This document shows, one piece after another, positions 9,601 to 18,177 of a DNA stretch of 64,000 bases; position 1 is the first letter of the stretch; each line of letters begins with the position of its first letter. The notes beneath the pieces are model-generated. The model searched no databases. It was not told where the DNA came from and saw only the letters and a list, made by a program, of their open reading frames with translations. The position numbers and the translations under genes were made by a program. The stretch comes from an uncultured delta proteobacterium (GTDB lineage Bacteria; Desulfobacterota; Desulfobaccia; Desulfobaccales; 0-14-0-80-60-11). The stretch lies in the NCBI GenBank assembly GCA_963705115.1, contig CAVPIX010000016.1, positions 579,051 through 643,050 of the forward strand, given 5' to 3'.

Positions 9601-10976
9601 CCTGGCCCGAGGCGGGGGACACCATTGCGGCCGTCGCCACGCCCCCGGGAGAGGCGGGCATCGGCATCGTGCGGCTGAGCGGCCCCCAGGCCGAGAGCAT
9701 CGCCCGCCGCCTCTTCCGCCCCCGCCGGCCCCGAGACTCCTGGCAATCCCACCGCCTGTACCTGGGGGACTTTCTTGACTCCCAGGGGCATGTCCTTGAC
9801 GAAGTCCTCCTTACCCTCATGCGGGCTCCCCAGAGCTACACCCAAGAAGATGTGGTGGAAATTCACTGTCATTCGGGGTATGCGGTTTTGCGGGCTGTAC
9901 TGGGAGAGGTTCTGGCCCAGGGGGCACGCCTGGCCCGGCCCGGGGAGTTCACCCTGCGGGCCTTTCTGTCCGGTCGCCTGGACCTCTCCCAGGCCGAGGG
10001 CGTTCTCGAAGTCATCCAGGCCCGGACCCAGGCCTCCCTGCGGGTGGCCGCAGCGCATCTGGGAGGCGGTTTGGCGCGGCCCCTGGGGGTGTTGCGGGCC
10101 GCGCTTTTGGGGGTACTGGCTCAAATCGAGGCCGCCCTGGACTTTCCGGAGGAGGCGGCTGAACTTTCGCCAGGGGCCTTGCGGGAAGAGTTGGCCGGTC
10201 CCCTAAAGGACTTGCAGCGCCTTCTGAAGACCTACCGGCAGGGGCGCCTGCTCAGGGAAGGGGTGAAGGTGGTCCTGGCCGGCCGCCCCAACGTGGGCAA
10301 ATCCAGCTTACTCAACCGGCTCCTGGACGCGGACCGGGCCATTGTCACCGATATCCCCGGCACCACGAGAGACGTAATCGAAGAAACCCTGACCCTCGGG
10401 GGCGTGGCCCTGTGTGTGAGCGACACCGCCGGGCTCAGGGAGGCCCGGGACCTGGTGGAAGAAATGGGCGTGGCCCGCTCCCGGGATCATATGTCCCAGG
10501 CCGACCTGATCCTCTATGTCGTGGACGGCAGCGAACCTCTCTCGGAGGAAGATGCCCGGGTTTTAGGGGAATTGGCTGAACGCCCCGTTTTGGTGGTGCT
10601 TAATAAGAGAGATTTGCCTGCAAAACTCAATGTCGATGACCTGCGTCGGTATTCCTCTCAGCCGGCGGTGGAGATTTCGGCCCTCACCGGCCAGGGACTG
10701 AAGAATCTCGAAGAGGCGCTGGTGGAACTGGTCCTGGGGGGCGGGGTGCAGACCGAGGGGGAGATCATCACCCAGTCCCGCCATGCCGGCCTGCTAAACC
10801 GGGCCGAGGAAGCCCTGGGGCGGGGTCAGGGGCTTTTGGAACAGGCCGGGCCCCCCTGGGAACTGGCCGCCCTGGAAGTCAAAGAGGCCCTCCTGGCCCT
10901 GGGGGAAATCACCGGAGAGGAAGTGGGGGACGCGGTCCTGGACCACATTTTTTCCCAGTTTTGTATTGGGAAATGA
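9597..10976 (+). CDS. mnmE: tRNA modification GTPase MnmE
   Basis: 459 aa; DTIAAVATPPGEAGIGIVRLSG N-terminus, G-domain GRPNVGKSSLLN / DTAG, C-terminal FCIGK. ATG overlaps the jag stop. Confidence 0.95.
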   Translation: MTWPEAGDTIAAVATPPGEAGIGIVRLSGPQAESIARRLFRPRRPRDSWQSHRLYLGDFLDSQGHVLDEVLLTLMRAPQSYTQEDVVEIHCHSGYAVLRAVLGEVLAQGARLARPGEFTLRAFLSGRLDLSQAEGVLEVIQARTQASLRVAAAHLGGGLARPLGVLRAALLGVLAQIEAALDFPEEAAELSPGALREELAGPLKDLQRLLKTYRQGRLLREGVKVVLAGRPNVGKSSLLNRLLDADRAIVTDIPGTTRDVIEETLTLGGVALCVSDTAGLREARDLVEEMGVARSRDHMSQADLILYVVDGSEPLSEEDARVLGELAERPVLVVLNKRDLPAKLNVDDLRRYSSQPAVEISALTGQGLKNLEEALVELVLGGGVQTEGEIITQSRHAGLLNRAEEALGRGQGLLEQAGPPWELAALEVKEALLALGEITGEEVGDAVLDHIFSQFCIGK

Positions 10977-11407
10977 GGGACGGGGCCAGGGGTCGCAGAC
11001 CCCTCTCCCTTCCTTCAAACTCCCCCACCCCATAATGCGGCAGCACGGGCTTCCAGCCCCTGCCGGCTCGGCCTAAATGCCCGGACTTCCAGCCTTAGCT
11101 CGGGAGCACAGGCATCCAGCCCATAAGCGCTAATTTAAACAATTTTTGTCATTCTGAACGGAGCGCAGCGGAGTGAAGAATCTCGATTCTCCAATGAAAT
11201 TAGAGATTTTTCGCTGCGCTCAGAATGACAAGATCTTAATGTTAGCGCCTATAGGCATCCAGTTTGTGCAGGAACAGGCAGGATGCCTGTTCTCCGATTA
11301 GAAGGGTTGGGAGGGGGTGCAGGGGAGAGGGCAGGCAAGGCCGGGTTTTAAACCCGCCCCTAAATCCCTGGCCCTCCCCCCCGAATGACCTTACGCATTC
11401 CTCAACT

Positions 11408-12064
11408 ATGAAAGATCCCCTGCTCCTGTTAGAGGAAGGCGCTGCGGACCTTGGCATAACGCTGCCCCAAGAGGCCATGTCCCGCTTTGCCGTTTATTTG
11501 CAGGAACTGCAAACCTGGAACGCCCGGGTGAATCTCACCGGCCTGAAATCCCCCCGGGATATTATAATCAAGCACTTTCTCGATTCCCTGGCCATCCTGC
11601 CCTTTCTTGACGATGCGGCCTCCCTGGCGGATTTGGGGAGCGGGGCCGGTTTTCCGGGGCTGGTGCTGAAATTGGCCCAGCCGAAGTTAGCCGTCACCCT
11701 GGTGGAGTCCCGGGGAAAAAAGGCAGCCTTTCTGGAGTATCTGGCGGGGCTCTGGCAGTTGCCCGGGGTGGAAATCATCCAGGCCCACCTGACCCCGAGA
11801 CTGGCGCAGGAATGGGGGCCCCGCTTTGCCGCGGTGACCTCCCGGGCCGCCTTTTCCCTGAAACATTTTCTGGAACTGGCCGCGCCCTTGCTCCTGCCGG
11901 GGGGGCGGGCCCTGGCCCTCAAGGGACCGGGGCTTTCGCCCCAGGAGATCCAGGGGGCGCAGAAACTGCTAACTAGGGTACAATTAGGAAGCCTGGAATT
12001 TACCGAAATTCAGTTGCCTATTTCCGGAGAGACGCGGCTGTTGGTCATAGCCAGGAAAAATTAG
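11408..12064 (+). CDS. rsmG: 16S rRNA (guanine527-N7)-methyltransferase RsmG
   Basis: 218 aa from ATG 11408; WNARVNLTGLKSPRDIIIKHFLDSL and SAM motif DLGSGAGFPGLVL. The upstream 48 codons of track ORF 11264.. translate repeat sequence. Confidence 0.9.
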   Translation: MKDPLLLLEEGAADLGITLPQEAMSRFAVYLQELQTWNARVNLTGLKSPRDIIIKHFLDSLAILPFLDDAASLADLGSGAGFPGLVLKLAQPKLAVTLVESRGKKAAFLEYLAGLWQLPGVEIIQAHLTPRLAQEWGPRFAAVTSRAAFSLKHFLELAAPLLLPGGRALALKGPGLSPQEIQGAQKLLTRVQLGSLEFTEIQLPISGETRLLVIARKN

Positions 12065-12090
12065 CCAATCGGTGTTCGTTCTTCTCTTTT

Positions 12091-12254
12091 CTCGTTCCCA
12101 AGTTTAACTTGGGAACGAGGTGAATAAAGGTCTTGAGTAGTGAGCTTTTCTCTTCTCGTCCCTTTCTTGTTCCCAAACTAAGCTTGGGAACGTTATTATA
12201 AGCCAAGCTGAGCTTGGCAGCCAGGTGCGCTCCCAAGTGCAACTTGGGAACGAG
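12091..12254. repeat. cluster of four related short hairpins (stem GTTCCCAAG...CTTGGGAAC)
   Basis: CTCGTTCCCAAGTTTAACTTGGGAACGAG (12091-12119), GTTCCCAAACTAAGCTTGGGAAC (12169-12191), GCCAAGCTGAGCTTGGC (12202-12218), CTCCCAAGTGCAACTTGGGAACGAG (about 12230-12254). Confidence 0.8.
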
Positions 12255-12397
12255 CCATTCAAAACCCCATCCAACCCCATCAATGGTAGCACGGGCATCC
12301 TGCCCGTGTCTGGACGGGCTGGAAGCCCGGCCTACCGGGCTTAGGTCTGATTGTGATAATAAGGTGCTTGAACTTTCTAAAAGAAGGATATTTCTAA

Positions 12398-12748
12398 ATG
12401 TCCCTTAAAATAATGTCAATCTTGCCTGTCTTATTACTCACAGCCTCCCTGACCATCCAGGGCTGCACCGCCGCCGCGGTGGCTTATGGGGTCAGCAAGA
12501 TGACCGAGCCTAAGACTCAATCTCCTCAACCGCCGCCCCGGGCCGCGGAACTGCGCACCTATCCCGAGTACGTCACGGAAATGGAACGGATTAATCTGGA
12601 GCGGGAGAAAGCCGGTCTGCAACCCCGTCCCATCATGACCCAGGATGAGTGGGCCTCGGCCCAGAAGGCCGGCAGCCCGCCCGTGCCGCCGGCTCCCCCC
12701 GTCCCACCTGCTGAACCACCCGGAAAAGCGGTTGAATATAAAGAATAA
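12398..12748 (+). CDS. small putative lipoprotein with proline-rich C-terminus
   Basis: 116 aa; signal-like N-terminus ...ILPVLLLTASLTIQGC (lipobox-like), then EPKTQSPQPPPRAAE... and PPVPPAPPVPPAEPP. No family recognised. Confidence 0.55.
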   Translation: MSLKIMSILPVLLLTASLTIQGCTAAAVAYGVSKMTEPKTQSPQPPPRAAELRTYPEYVTEMERINLEREKAGLQPRPIMTQDEWASAQKAGSPPVPPAPPVPPAEPPGKAVEYKE

Positions 12749-12915
12749 TGCATCATTAAGAGAAGACTTGTTATATTGAGTTGCGTTCTTCTGAGCTATT
12801 TTTGTAGCCGCAGGCTTTAGCCTGCGCCTGCACAGGCTGGAAAGCCTGTGCCACCGTTTGCTGGTATGGATAGACAAATTCACCCAGAGACCTCCTGTCC
12901 TTCAAACCGAAAACC

Positions 12916-13641
12916 ATGAACCATACAATTTTTCAGGCTTTGGGACTGATGCTCCTGTCCGTGATTGGTTTTAAGGAGGCAGTGGCGTCAGGCCCAGATT
13001 CCTTTGCCACAGAACGGCAGGCCATGGTGGCCCAGCAGCTCAAGGCCCGGGACATCACCGATCCCCGGGTGCTGGCGGCCATGGCAAAGGTCCCCCGGCA
13101 CCGGTTCGTGCCGGATTATCTCAGCCATCAGGCCTACGGCGACCATCCCCTGCCCATAGGCTCCGGCCAGACTATTTCCCAGCCCTATATCGTGGCCCTC
13201 ATGTCCCAGTGGGCCGAGGTCAAGCCCGGAGACAAGGTCCTGGAGGTGGGCACCGGCTCGGGGTATCAGGCGGCCATCCTGGCCGAACTCACGGAGCGGG
13301 TTTTCACCATGGAACTGCTCCCCGAATTGGCCGAAGCCGCGGGACGCCGCCTCCGGGCCCTGGGGTATGAACGCATCCAGGGGCGGGCCGGCGACGGCTA
13401 TCAGGGCTGGCCCGAGGAAGCCCCGTTTGATGCCATCCTGGTCACGGCCACCGCGCCGGAAATCCCCAAGGCATTACAGGAACAGCTCAAAGAGGGGGGC
13501 CGCCTGGTCATCCCGGTGGGACCCCAGGGGAGCGTGCAGCAACTCCTGCGCCTGCGCAAGGTGAAGGGTGAACTTAAAGAGGAAGAGCGCGTTCCCGTCC
13601 TTTTCGTGCCCCTGGTGAAGCCCGGGGAGGGGAAGAGGTAA
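12916..13641 (+). CDS. pcm: protein-L-isoaspartate O-methyltransferase paralogue with N-terminal signal peptide
   Basis: 241 aa; same PIMT motifs as 759..1442 ([36 protein letters not shown]), preceded by MNHTIFQALGLMLLSVIGFKEAVA-SG. Confidence 0.9.
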   Translation: MNHTIFQALGLMLLSVIGFKEAVASGPDSFATERQAMVAQQLKARDITDPRVLAAMAKVPRHRFVPDYLSHQAYGDHPLPIGSGQTISQPYIVALMSQWAEVKPGDKVLEVGTGSGYQAAILAELTERVFTMELLPELAEAAGRRLRALGYERIQGRAGDGYQGWPEEAPFDAILVTATAPEIPKALQEQLKEGGRLVIPVGPQGSVQQLLRLRKVKGELKEEERVPVLFVPLVKPGEGKR

Positions 13642-13650
13642 AGGGATATT

Positions 13651-13712
13651 GGGGGAAGGGCCAGGGACCTGAGGTCCCTGCCCTCCCCCCAAGCCCCCCA
13701 CCCAACCCGCAG
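13651..13712. repeat. partial copy (first modules only) of the MITE-like element
   Basis: GGGGGAAGGGCCAGGGACCTGAGGTCCCTGCCCTCCCCCCAAGCCCCCCACCCAACCCGCAG, starting 10 nt after the pcm-2 stop. Confidence 0.7.
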
Positions 13713-13717
13713 AAGGG

Positions 13718-13755
13718 GCTGGCAAGTCAGAACCCTGACTTGCCAGCTATTTTTC
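13718..13755 (+). terminator. rho-independent terminator candidate after pcm-2
   Basis: 13-bp perfect stem GCTGGCAAGTCAG / CTGACTTGCCAGC with 4-nt loop, followed by TATTTTTC. Confidence 0.6.
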
Positions 13756-13912
13756 AGTCCCCTTAAAGGATTGGACGGGCTTCCAGCCCGTCCGGGCACG
13801 GGCTGGAGGCCTGTGCTCCTGCTCTAATGTGAGCGATTGTAGAGGAAGCTCGCCGGAGGGGGCAGGGGGCCGCGACCCCTGGCCCCCTCCCTCAAGTGCA
13901 TTGCCATGCTCC

Positions 13913-14848
13913 TTAGCCCCCTCCCCCACTCTTCACGGCCATCTCCAGGGCCCGGATGAGTTGGGTGAGGCAGTGGTTCACCGGCGCGGCGATGCCGTGT
14001 CTTTCCCCCCGGGCCGCGACCTGGGCGTTTAAGGCCTCGATTTCGGTGCGGCGGCCGGCCGCGGCGTCCTGGAGCATGGAAGAGCGGTTCTGGGCCGTAG
14101 CCGTGCAGACTTCTTTGAGGCGCTTTTCGGGATCTACGGTCAGATTGATGCCGCTGGCTAGGGCCACGGCCTTGGCTTCGGCGGCTGCAGCCACGGCCAG
14201 GTTCCAGGCCGGGGGCAGGTTCAAGAGCTCGCCGTTATTTACCCGCAACAGGGCCGTGAGGGGATTGATGCCCACGTTTACCAGGAGCTTTTCCCAGAGA
14301 GCGGCTTCGATATCGCCTCGCACTTCGCAGGGCAAACCGGCCCGCCGGAAGAGGTCCGCCACGGCCTGCACCTCGTCAGGGGCAACTTGGGAGCCTGACG
14401 GCGGGCCCACATAGGTTGGGCCCAGGCCGGCCAGATACACCTCGCCCTCGCCCAGTTTGGTGACCCCCAAAATACTGCTCCCCCCCAACAGGCGACCCCA
14501 GCCCACCACCCGGGCCATTTCCTCCAGATTCCCCAGACCGTTTTGCAAGGTAAGGGCCACGCCCCCGGCGCCCAGGAGCAGGGGCAGGCTCTCCACCGCG
14601 GCCGCGGTCTGATGGGCCTTGACCGTGAGGACGGCCAGGTCCGACAGACCCACATCCCCAGGCAAGGCGGCGGGGACTTTCACCACCTGGTCCGGTCCCG
14701 CCGGCGTCTTCAGGAGAAGACCCCGGCGATGCAAGGATTCAGCCCGCGCCGGCCGGTAATCCACCAGCCAGGCCTCTTCCCCGGACAAGGTGAATTTGGC
14801 GGCCAAAAGACAACCCAGGGCGCCGGGGCCGATAACGGCAATTTTCAC
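13913..14848 (-). CDS. panE: 2-dehydropantoate 2-reductase (ketopantoate reductase, ApbA/PanE family)
   Basis: 311 aa; N-terminal Rossmann MKIAVIGPGALGCLLAAKF, C-terminal ApbA-type domain (...RSSMLQDAAAGRRTEIEALNA...). Confidence 0.85.
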   Translation of the reverse strand: MKIAVIGPGALGCLLAAKFTLSGEEAWLVDYRPARAESLHRRGLLLKTPAGPDQVVKVPAALPGDVGLSDLAVLTVKAHQTAAAVESLPLLLGAGGVALTLQNGLGNLEEMARVVGWGRLLGGSSILGVTKLGEGEVYLAGLGPTYVGPPSGSQVAPDEVQAVADLFRRAGLPCEVRGDIEAALWEKLLVNVGINPLTALLRVNNGELLNLPPAWNLAVAAAAEAKAVALASGINLTVDPEKRLKEVCTATAQNRSSMLQDAAAGRRTEIEALNAQVAARGERHGIAAPVNHCLTQLIRALEMAVKSGGGG

Positions 14849-15029
14849 AGGTTGAACTCCGGAGAGTAATGACTGAAAAATTGTTTGCCCGTCACAAGCT
14901 GCACATTATGTTTTAGTTTCATATAATTTCGATGCAAAATTGGTTAAAGTTATTTGAAATCTCACCGAGTTAAGATACTATAACTGAAAATTACGGAATG
15001 GGGGAAAAAGGGGTTTGGCGGCCGCAACC

Positions 15030-15719
15030 ATGCCCAGGCAATTGGATCGAGAATTAAATGCTCTCAAGCAAAAGCTCCTCATCATGGCCACCAAGGCGGA
15101 AGAGGCAGTGCAGAAGAGCTTGTTTTCCGTCATCCACCGCAACTCCGATTTGGCCCGGGATGTCATTACCGATGACATTCAGTTGAATCAAATGGAGTTG
15201 GAAATCGAAGAACAGGCCTTCAAACTCCTGGCCCTACGGCAACCGGTGGCCACCGATTTGCGTCTGATCATTGCCACCATGCGCATCGCCACCACCCTGG
15301 AACGGATCGGCGACCAGGGAGTGAATATCGCCGAGCGGGCCCTGGAGCTCAACAACGCCCCCCCCGTGGAACTGCCCATCGACATGAAGATGCTGGGTGA
15401 CATGGCCTTTGGCATGGTGCGCACCAGCATCGACGCCTTTGTGCAGCAGGACCCCAAACTGGCCATCCAGGTGTGCCAGCGGGACACCGAGGTGGACCTT
15501 CTGGACGACGAGTACACCCAGAAGATCCTGGACACCATGATCAGCGAGGCCCGCTGGGTGATGCGCCTGCATCACTTCATTATTGTCATGCGGAATCTGG
15601 AGCGCATCGCCGATTTGGCCACCAACATCGCCGAGGACATTGTCTTCATTGTGGAAGGCCGGGTCATCAAGCACAGGTGCGAGGACTGGTTTCTGACCGG
15701 GAATCCAACCTCATCTTAG
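15030..15719 (+). CDS. phoU: phosphate signalling complex protein PhoU
   Basis: Two PhoU repeats (ERIGDQGVNIAE and ERIADLATNIAEDI). ATG at 15030 preferred over the TTG at 15015. Confidence 0.9.
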   Translation: MPRQLDRELNALKQKLLIMATKAEEAVQKSLFSVIHRNSDLARDVITDDIQLNQMELEIEEQAFKLLALRQPVATDLRLIIATMRIATTLERIGDQGVNIAERALELNNAPPVELPIDMKMLGDMAFGMVRTSIDAFVQQDPKLAIQVCQRDTEVDLLDDEYTQKILDTMISEARWVMRLHHFIIVMRNLERIADLATNIAEDIVFIVEGRVIKHRCEDWFLTGNPTSS

Positions 15720-17046
15720 CCTGGGCCATCTTTTCCTCTAAAAATTTTACTTCCTGCTCCAAACGGGGCTGCAACTGGCGATCACGCTCCAGGGTCTGGA
15801 GGGCATGGACCACGGAGCCGTGGCTCCGCTGGAAAAGGCGTCCCAGTTCCACCACGGTCTTCATGGTATAGAGGCGGGAAAAGTAAAGGCCGACCTGCCG
15901 GGCCCGCACCAGCTTTTTCTGCCGGCCGCGCCCTAATAACTCCCTGACGTTGATCTGGTAATAATCGCAGACAATTTTCTGGATCTGGCCGACGCTCAGA
16001 CGGGGGGCCACGGCCTTTAAATCGTGGAGGACTTCCTGGGCCAGGGGCAGGCTCACGGGCTGCCCCAGGAGGGTGGAGCGGGCCACCAGGCAATCCAGGG
16101 CGCTTTCCAGACGGCGCACGTCGCCGCTGATATGCTCTGCCACGTGCTCCATCACCGGGGTGGGCACCTTGACGCCCCGATCCTCCGCTTTTCTGGTCAA
16201 AATCTCCACCCGGGTGGCAAAGTCCGGGGGGGCGATGGGCGTGATGAGGCCGCCGGTGAACCGGGAGCGCAGTTCCTGGGACAGCTGGCTGATTTCACCG
16301 GGAAGGTAACAACTGGTGAGGACCAGCTTTTTGCGGCGGTCCAGCAGGGTGTCCAGGGTATAGCACAGTTCAGCCTGGATCTTCTCCTTGCCCGCGAGAA
16401 ACTGCACCTCTTCCATGAGGAGCACATCGCACTCACCCCGGTAGCGCTCCTTGAACCGGGACATCTGGTCCCCTTTCAGGGCCTTGACCATGTCATTGGT
16501 AAAATCCTCGGCAGTTACATAACGAACGGACGGTTGGGGCGCGGCGGCCAGGAGGCAGTTGCCCACGGCCTGGGCGAGATGGCTCTTCCCCAAGCCGGGG
16601 TTGGCCGTGAGAAACAGGATGCCGCTGAAAAAGGTGTCTTTGCGGGCCAGGGCCTCGGCGGCCCGGAAAGCCAGGCGGTTGGAGCCCCCCACCACAAAAT
16701 TATTGAAGGTGAATTCCCGATTCAGGCTGCGCCCCTGGGGGCGGGCCTGGCCGGGAAGAGGAAGGGTCAGCTGCCCGGCCGCGGGCATCGGCGCCAGGGG
16801 GCGGGGGCGGGACGGGGCCGAGGTCAGCTTTACCGGCAGGGGATGGCCTGCCTGGGTCAACACCTGGCTGATATGGGGGAGATAATGGGACTTGACCCAA
16901 CGAAGCGCAAAAGGATTGGGACAGATGAGCTGGAGTTCACCTCCGGACCCCTGGTCCACCTCCAAGGGCTCAATCCATAAAGAAAATCCTGACGGGGAGA
17001 TGTGGTCCTTCAGATCAGCTTTGACGACTTCCCAAATTTCCTGCAT
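15667..17046 (-). CDS. dnaA: chromosomal replication initiator protein DnaA
   Basis: AAA+ Walker A (NPGLGKSHLAQAVGN), Walker B (LLMEEVQFL), C-terminal DNA-binding helix region (RARQVGLYFSRLYT...LGRLFQRSHGSVVHA). ATG at 17046 preceded by AGGGGG. The 3' end overlaps phoU by 53 nt. Confidence 0.95.
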   Translation of the reverse strand: MQEIWEVVKADLKDHISPSGFSLWIEPLEVDQGSGGELQLICPNPFALRWVKSHYLPHISQVLTQAGHPLPVKLTSAPSRPRPLAPMPAAGQLTLPLPGQARPQGRSLNREFTFNNFVVGGSNRLAFRAAEALARKDTFFSGILFLTANPGLGKSHLAQAVGNCLLAAAPQPSVRYVTAEDFTNDMVKALKGDQMSRFKERYRGECDVLLMEEVQFLAGKEKIQAELCYTLDTLLDRRKKLVLTSCYLPGEISQLSQELRSRFTGGLITPIAPPDFATRVEILTRKAEDRGVKVPTPVMEHVAEHISGDVRRLESALDCLVARSTLLGQPVSLPLAQEVLHDLKAVAPRLSVGQIQKIVCDYYQINVRELLGRGRQKKLVRARQVGLYFSRLYTMKTVVELGRLFQRSHGSVVHALQTLERDRQLQPRLEQEVKFLEEKMAQAKMRLDSRSETSPRTCA

Positions 17047-17464
17047 ATTTCCCCCTATGTTGAGCCGCATATTACTTATCATCTCCCTTGATCGTCAAAG
17101 TCGGTATCTCGAAATAGAGGTTAGCGCCCACAGGAATACACCTTGAGGTAAGGGCCGTTAAACCTCAAGCTTGGCCTCAGCGAACGGAGTAAGGAAATTC
17201 CTTATGGAAGAAAACTCTGATTTAGCCGGTTCTTGGGTCAATTAACCCCGCAAACCTGCCTTCCTAGTAATCTCGCGTTTGCTGCTTTTTTTACGCTTTT
17301 TTATAGGGGAACGCTCAAAGAGGTTACAAAAATTGGTAAGGCGTTAAATTTCCATAAGGATGACTTAACATCTTTTTAATTATAGTTATATCAATACGTT
17401 AATTAAATTAATAGCAACCCTGGGAGCTTCTCTGACAGAGGTCTGGGGAGGCTCTATGGTTCCC

Positions 17465-17492
17465 TTGACAAATCCGGCGCAGCGGCTATGAT
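17465..17492 (+). promoter_or_regulatory. candidate sigma70-type promoter of the GNAT gene
   Basis: TTGACA (17465-17470), 16-nt spacer, TATGAT (17487-17492). If used, it excludes the ATG at 17488 as start and favours the ATG at 17524 (RBS AGGGGA). Confidence 0.3.
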
Positions 17493-17523
17493 GCTAGAAA
17501 GCGCTGAAACTCAGGGGAAAGCC

Positions 17524-18093
17524 ATGTTCAATTATGCGGCCTATCGCAAGTTCGTGACTTTGCAAGACGGCAAGCGGGTGATGTTCCGTTTTCTCAATGA
17601 ACAGGACCGGGAGGAATTGATCCGCCTCTTCCAGGAAGCCCCGGAAGAAGATCTGCGCTTCCTCAAACAGGACGTCAGAGACGCGAAACTGGTGAATTTC
17701 TGGGTGGACAACCTGAACTATAACAAAATCCTGCCGCTGGTGGCCGTGAACCTGGAGGGCAACCGGCTGATTGCCGACGCCACCCTGCACCGGGGCAAAC
17801 ACGCGGCCAAACACATCGCCGAGGTGCGCATTTTTGTGTCCCGGCCCTTCCGCAACCTGAGTTTGGGGTCCCTGATGCTGGAGGAGCTCGTCAACCTGTC
17901 GAAAAAAGAGGGCCTCCACTGGCTCAGAGCCGAAATTGTGGCGGACCATAAGAAAGTAATCAAGGCCTTTCGCAGCAAGGGTTTCGAGATTCGGGCCACC
18001 CTGGAGGACTACTTTATCCGGAAAGACGGCATCACTCACGACGTGGTCCTCATGCTGCGCCCGGTGCAGAAGCGGGAGGAGGCCGAGTTTTAG
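17524..18093 (+). CDS. GNAT-family N-acetyltransferase
   Basis: Acetyltransferase-fold pattern (...AEVRIFVSRPFRNLSLGSLMLEELVNLSKKEGLHWLRAEIVADHKKVIKAFRSKGF...). Start could also be 17488. Confidence 0.7.
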   Translation: MFNYAAYRKFVTLQDGKRVMFRFLNEQDREELIRLFQEAPEEDLRFLKQDVRDAKLVNFWVDNLNYNKILPLVAVNLEGNRLIADATLHRGKHAAKHIAEVRIFVSRPFRNLSLGSLMLEELVNLSKKEGLHWLRAEIVADHKKVIKAFRSKGFEIRATLEDYFIRKDGITHDVVLMLRPVQKREEAEF

Positions 18094-18177
18094 GGGCAAA
18101 CACCTCAAGGGTTATGCTGTTTTTGAGGGAGGGAGGGGGAAGGTGCACCTGGCCCTCCCTTTTGGTTTGAGAATACT

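Noticed and set aside
11020-12340. Possible CRISPR array among the closely spaced hairpin repeats (also 12091-12254 and 23230-23430)
   Set aside because: The repeats differ in sequence and length and are irregularly spaced. They belong to several families scattered over the window, and no cas genes are present. They behave like REP/MITE-type elements, not a CRISPR array.
15667-15719. dnaA/phoU 53-nt overlap as evidence of a mis-called stop or frameshift
   Set aside because: Both proteins contain all their conserved domains before the overlap. The overlapping parts are non-conserved C-terminal tails, so a convergent overlap is acceptable without invoking an error.
17083-17487. oriC with DnaA boxes upstream of dnaA
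   Set aside because: An AT-rich patch exists, but scanning by eye found no 9-mers close to TTATCCACA/TGTGGATAA (best is TTATCATCT, 6/9). It is kept only as a low-confidence remark in a finding, not as a feature.
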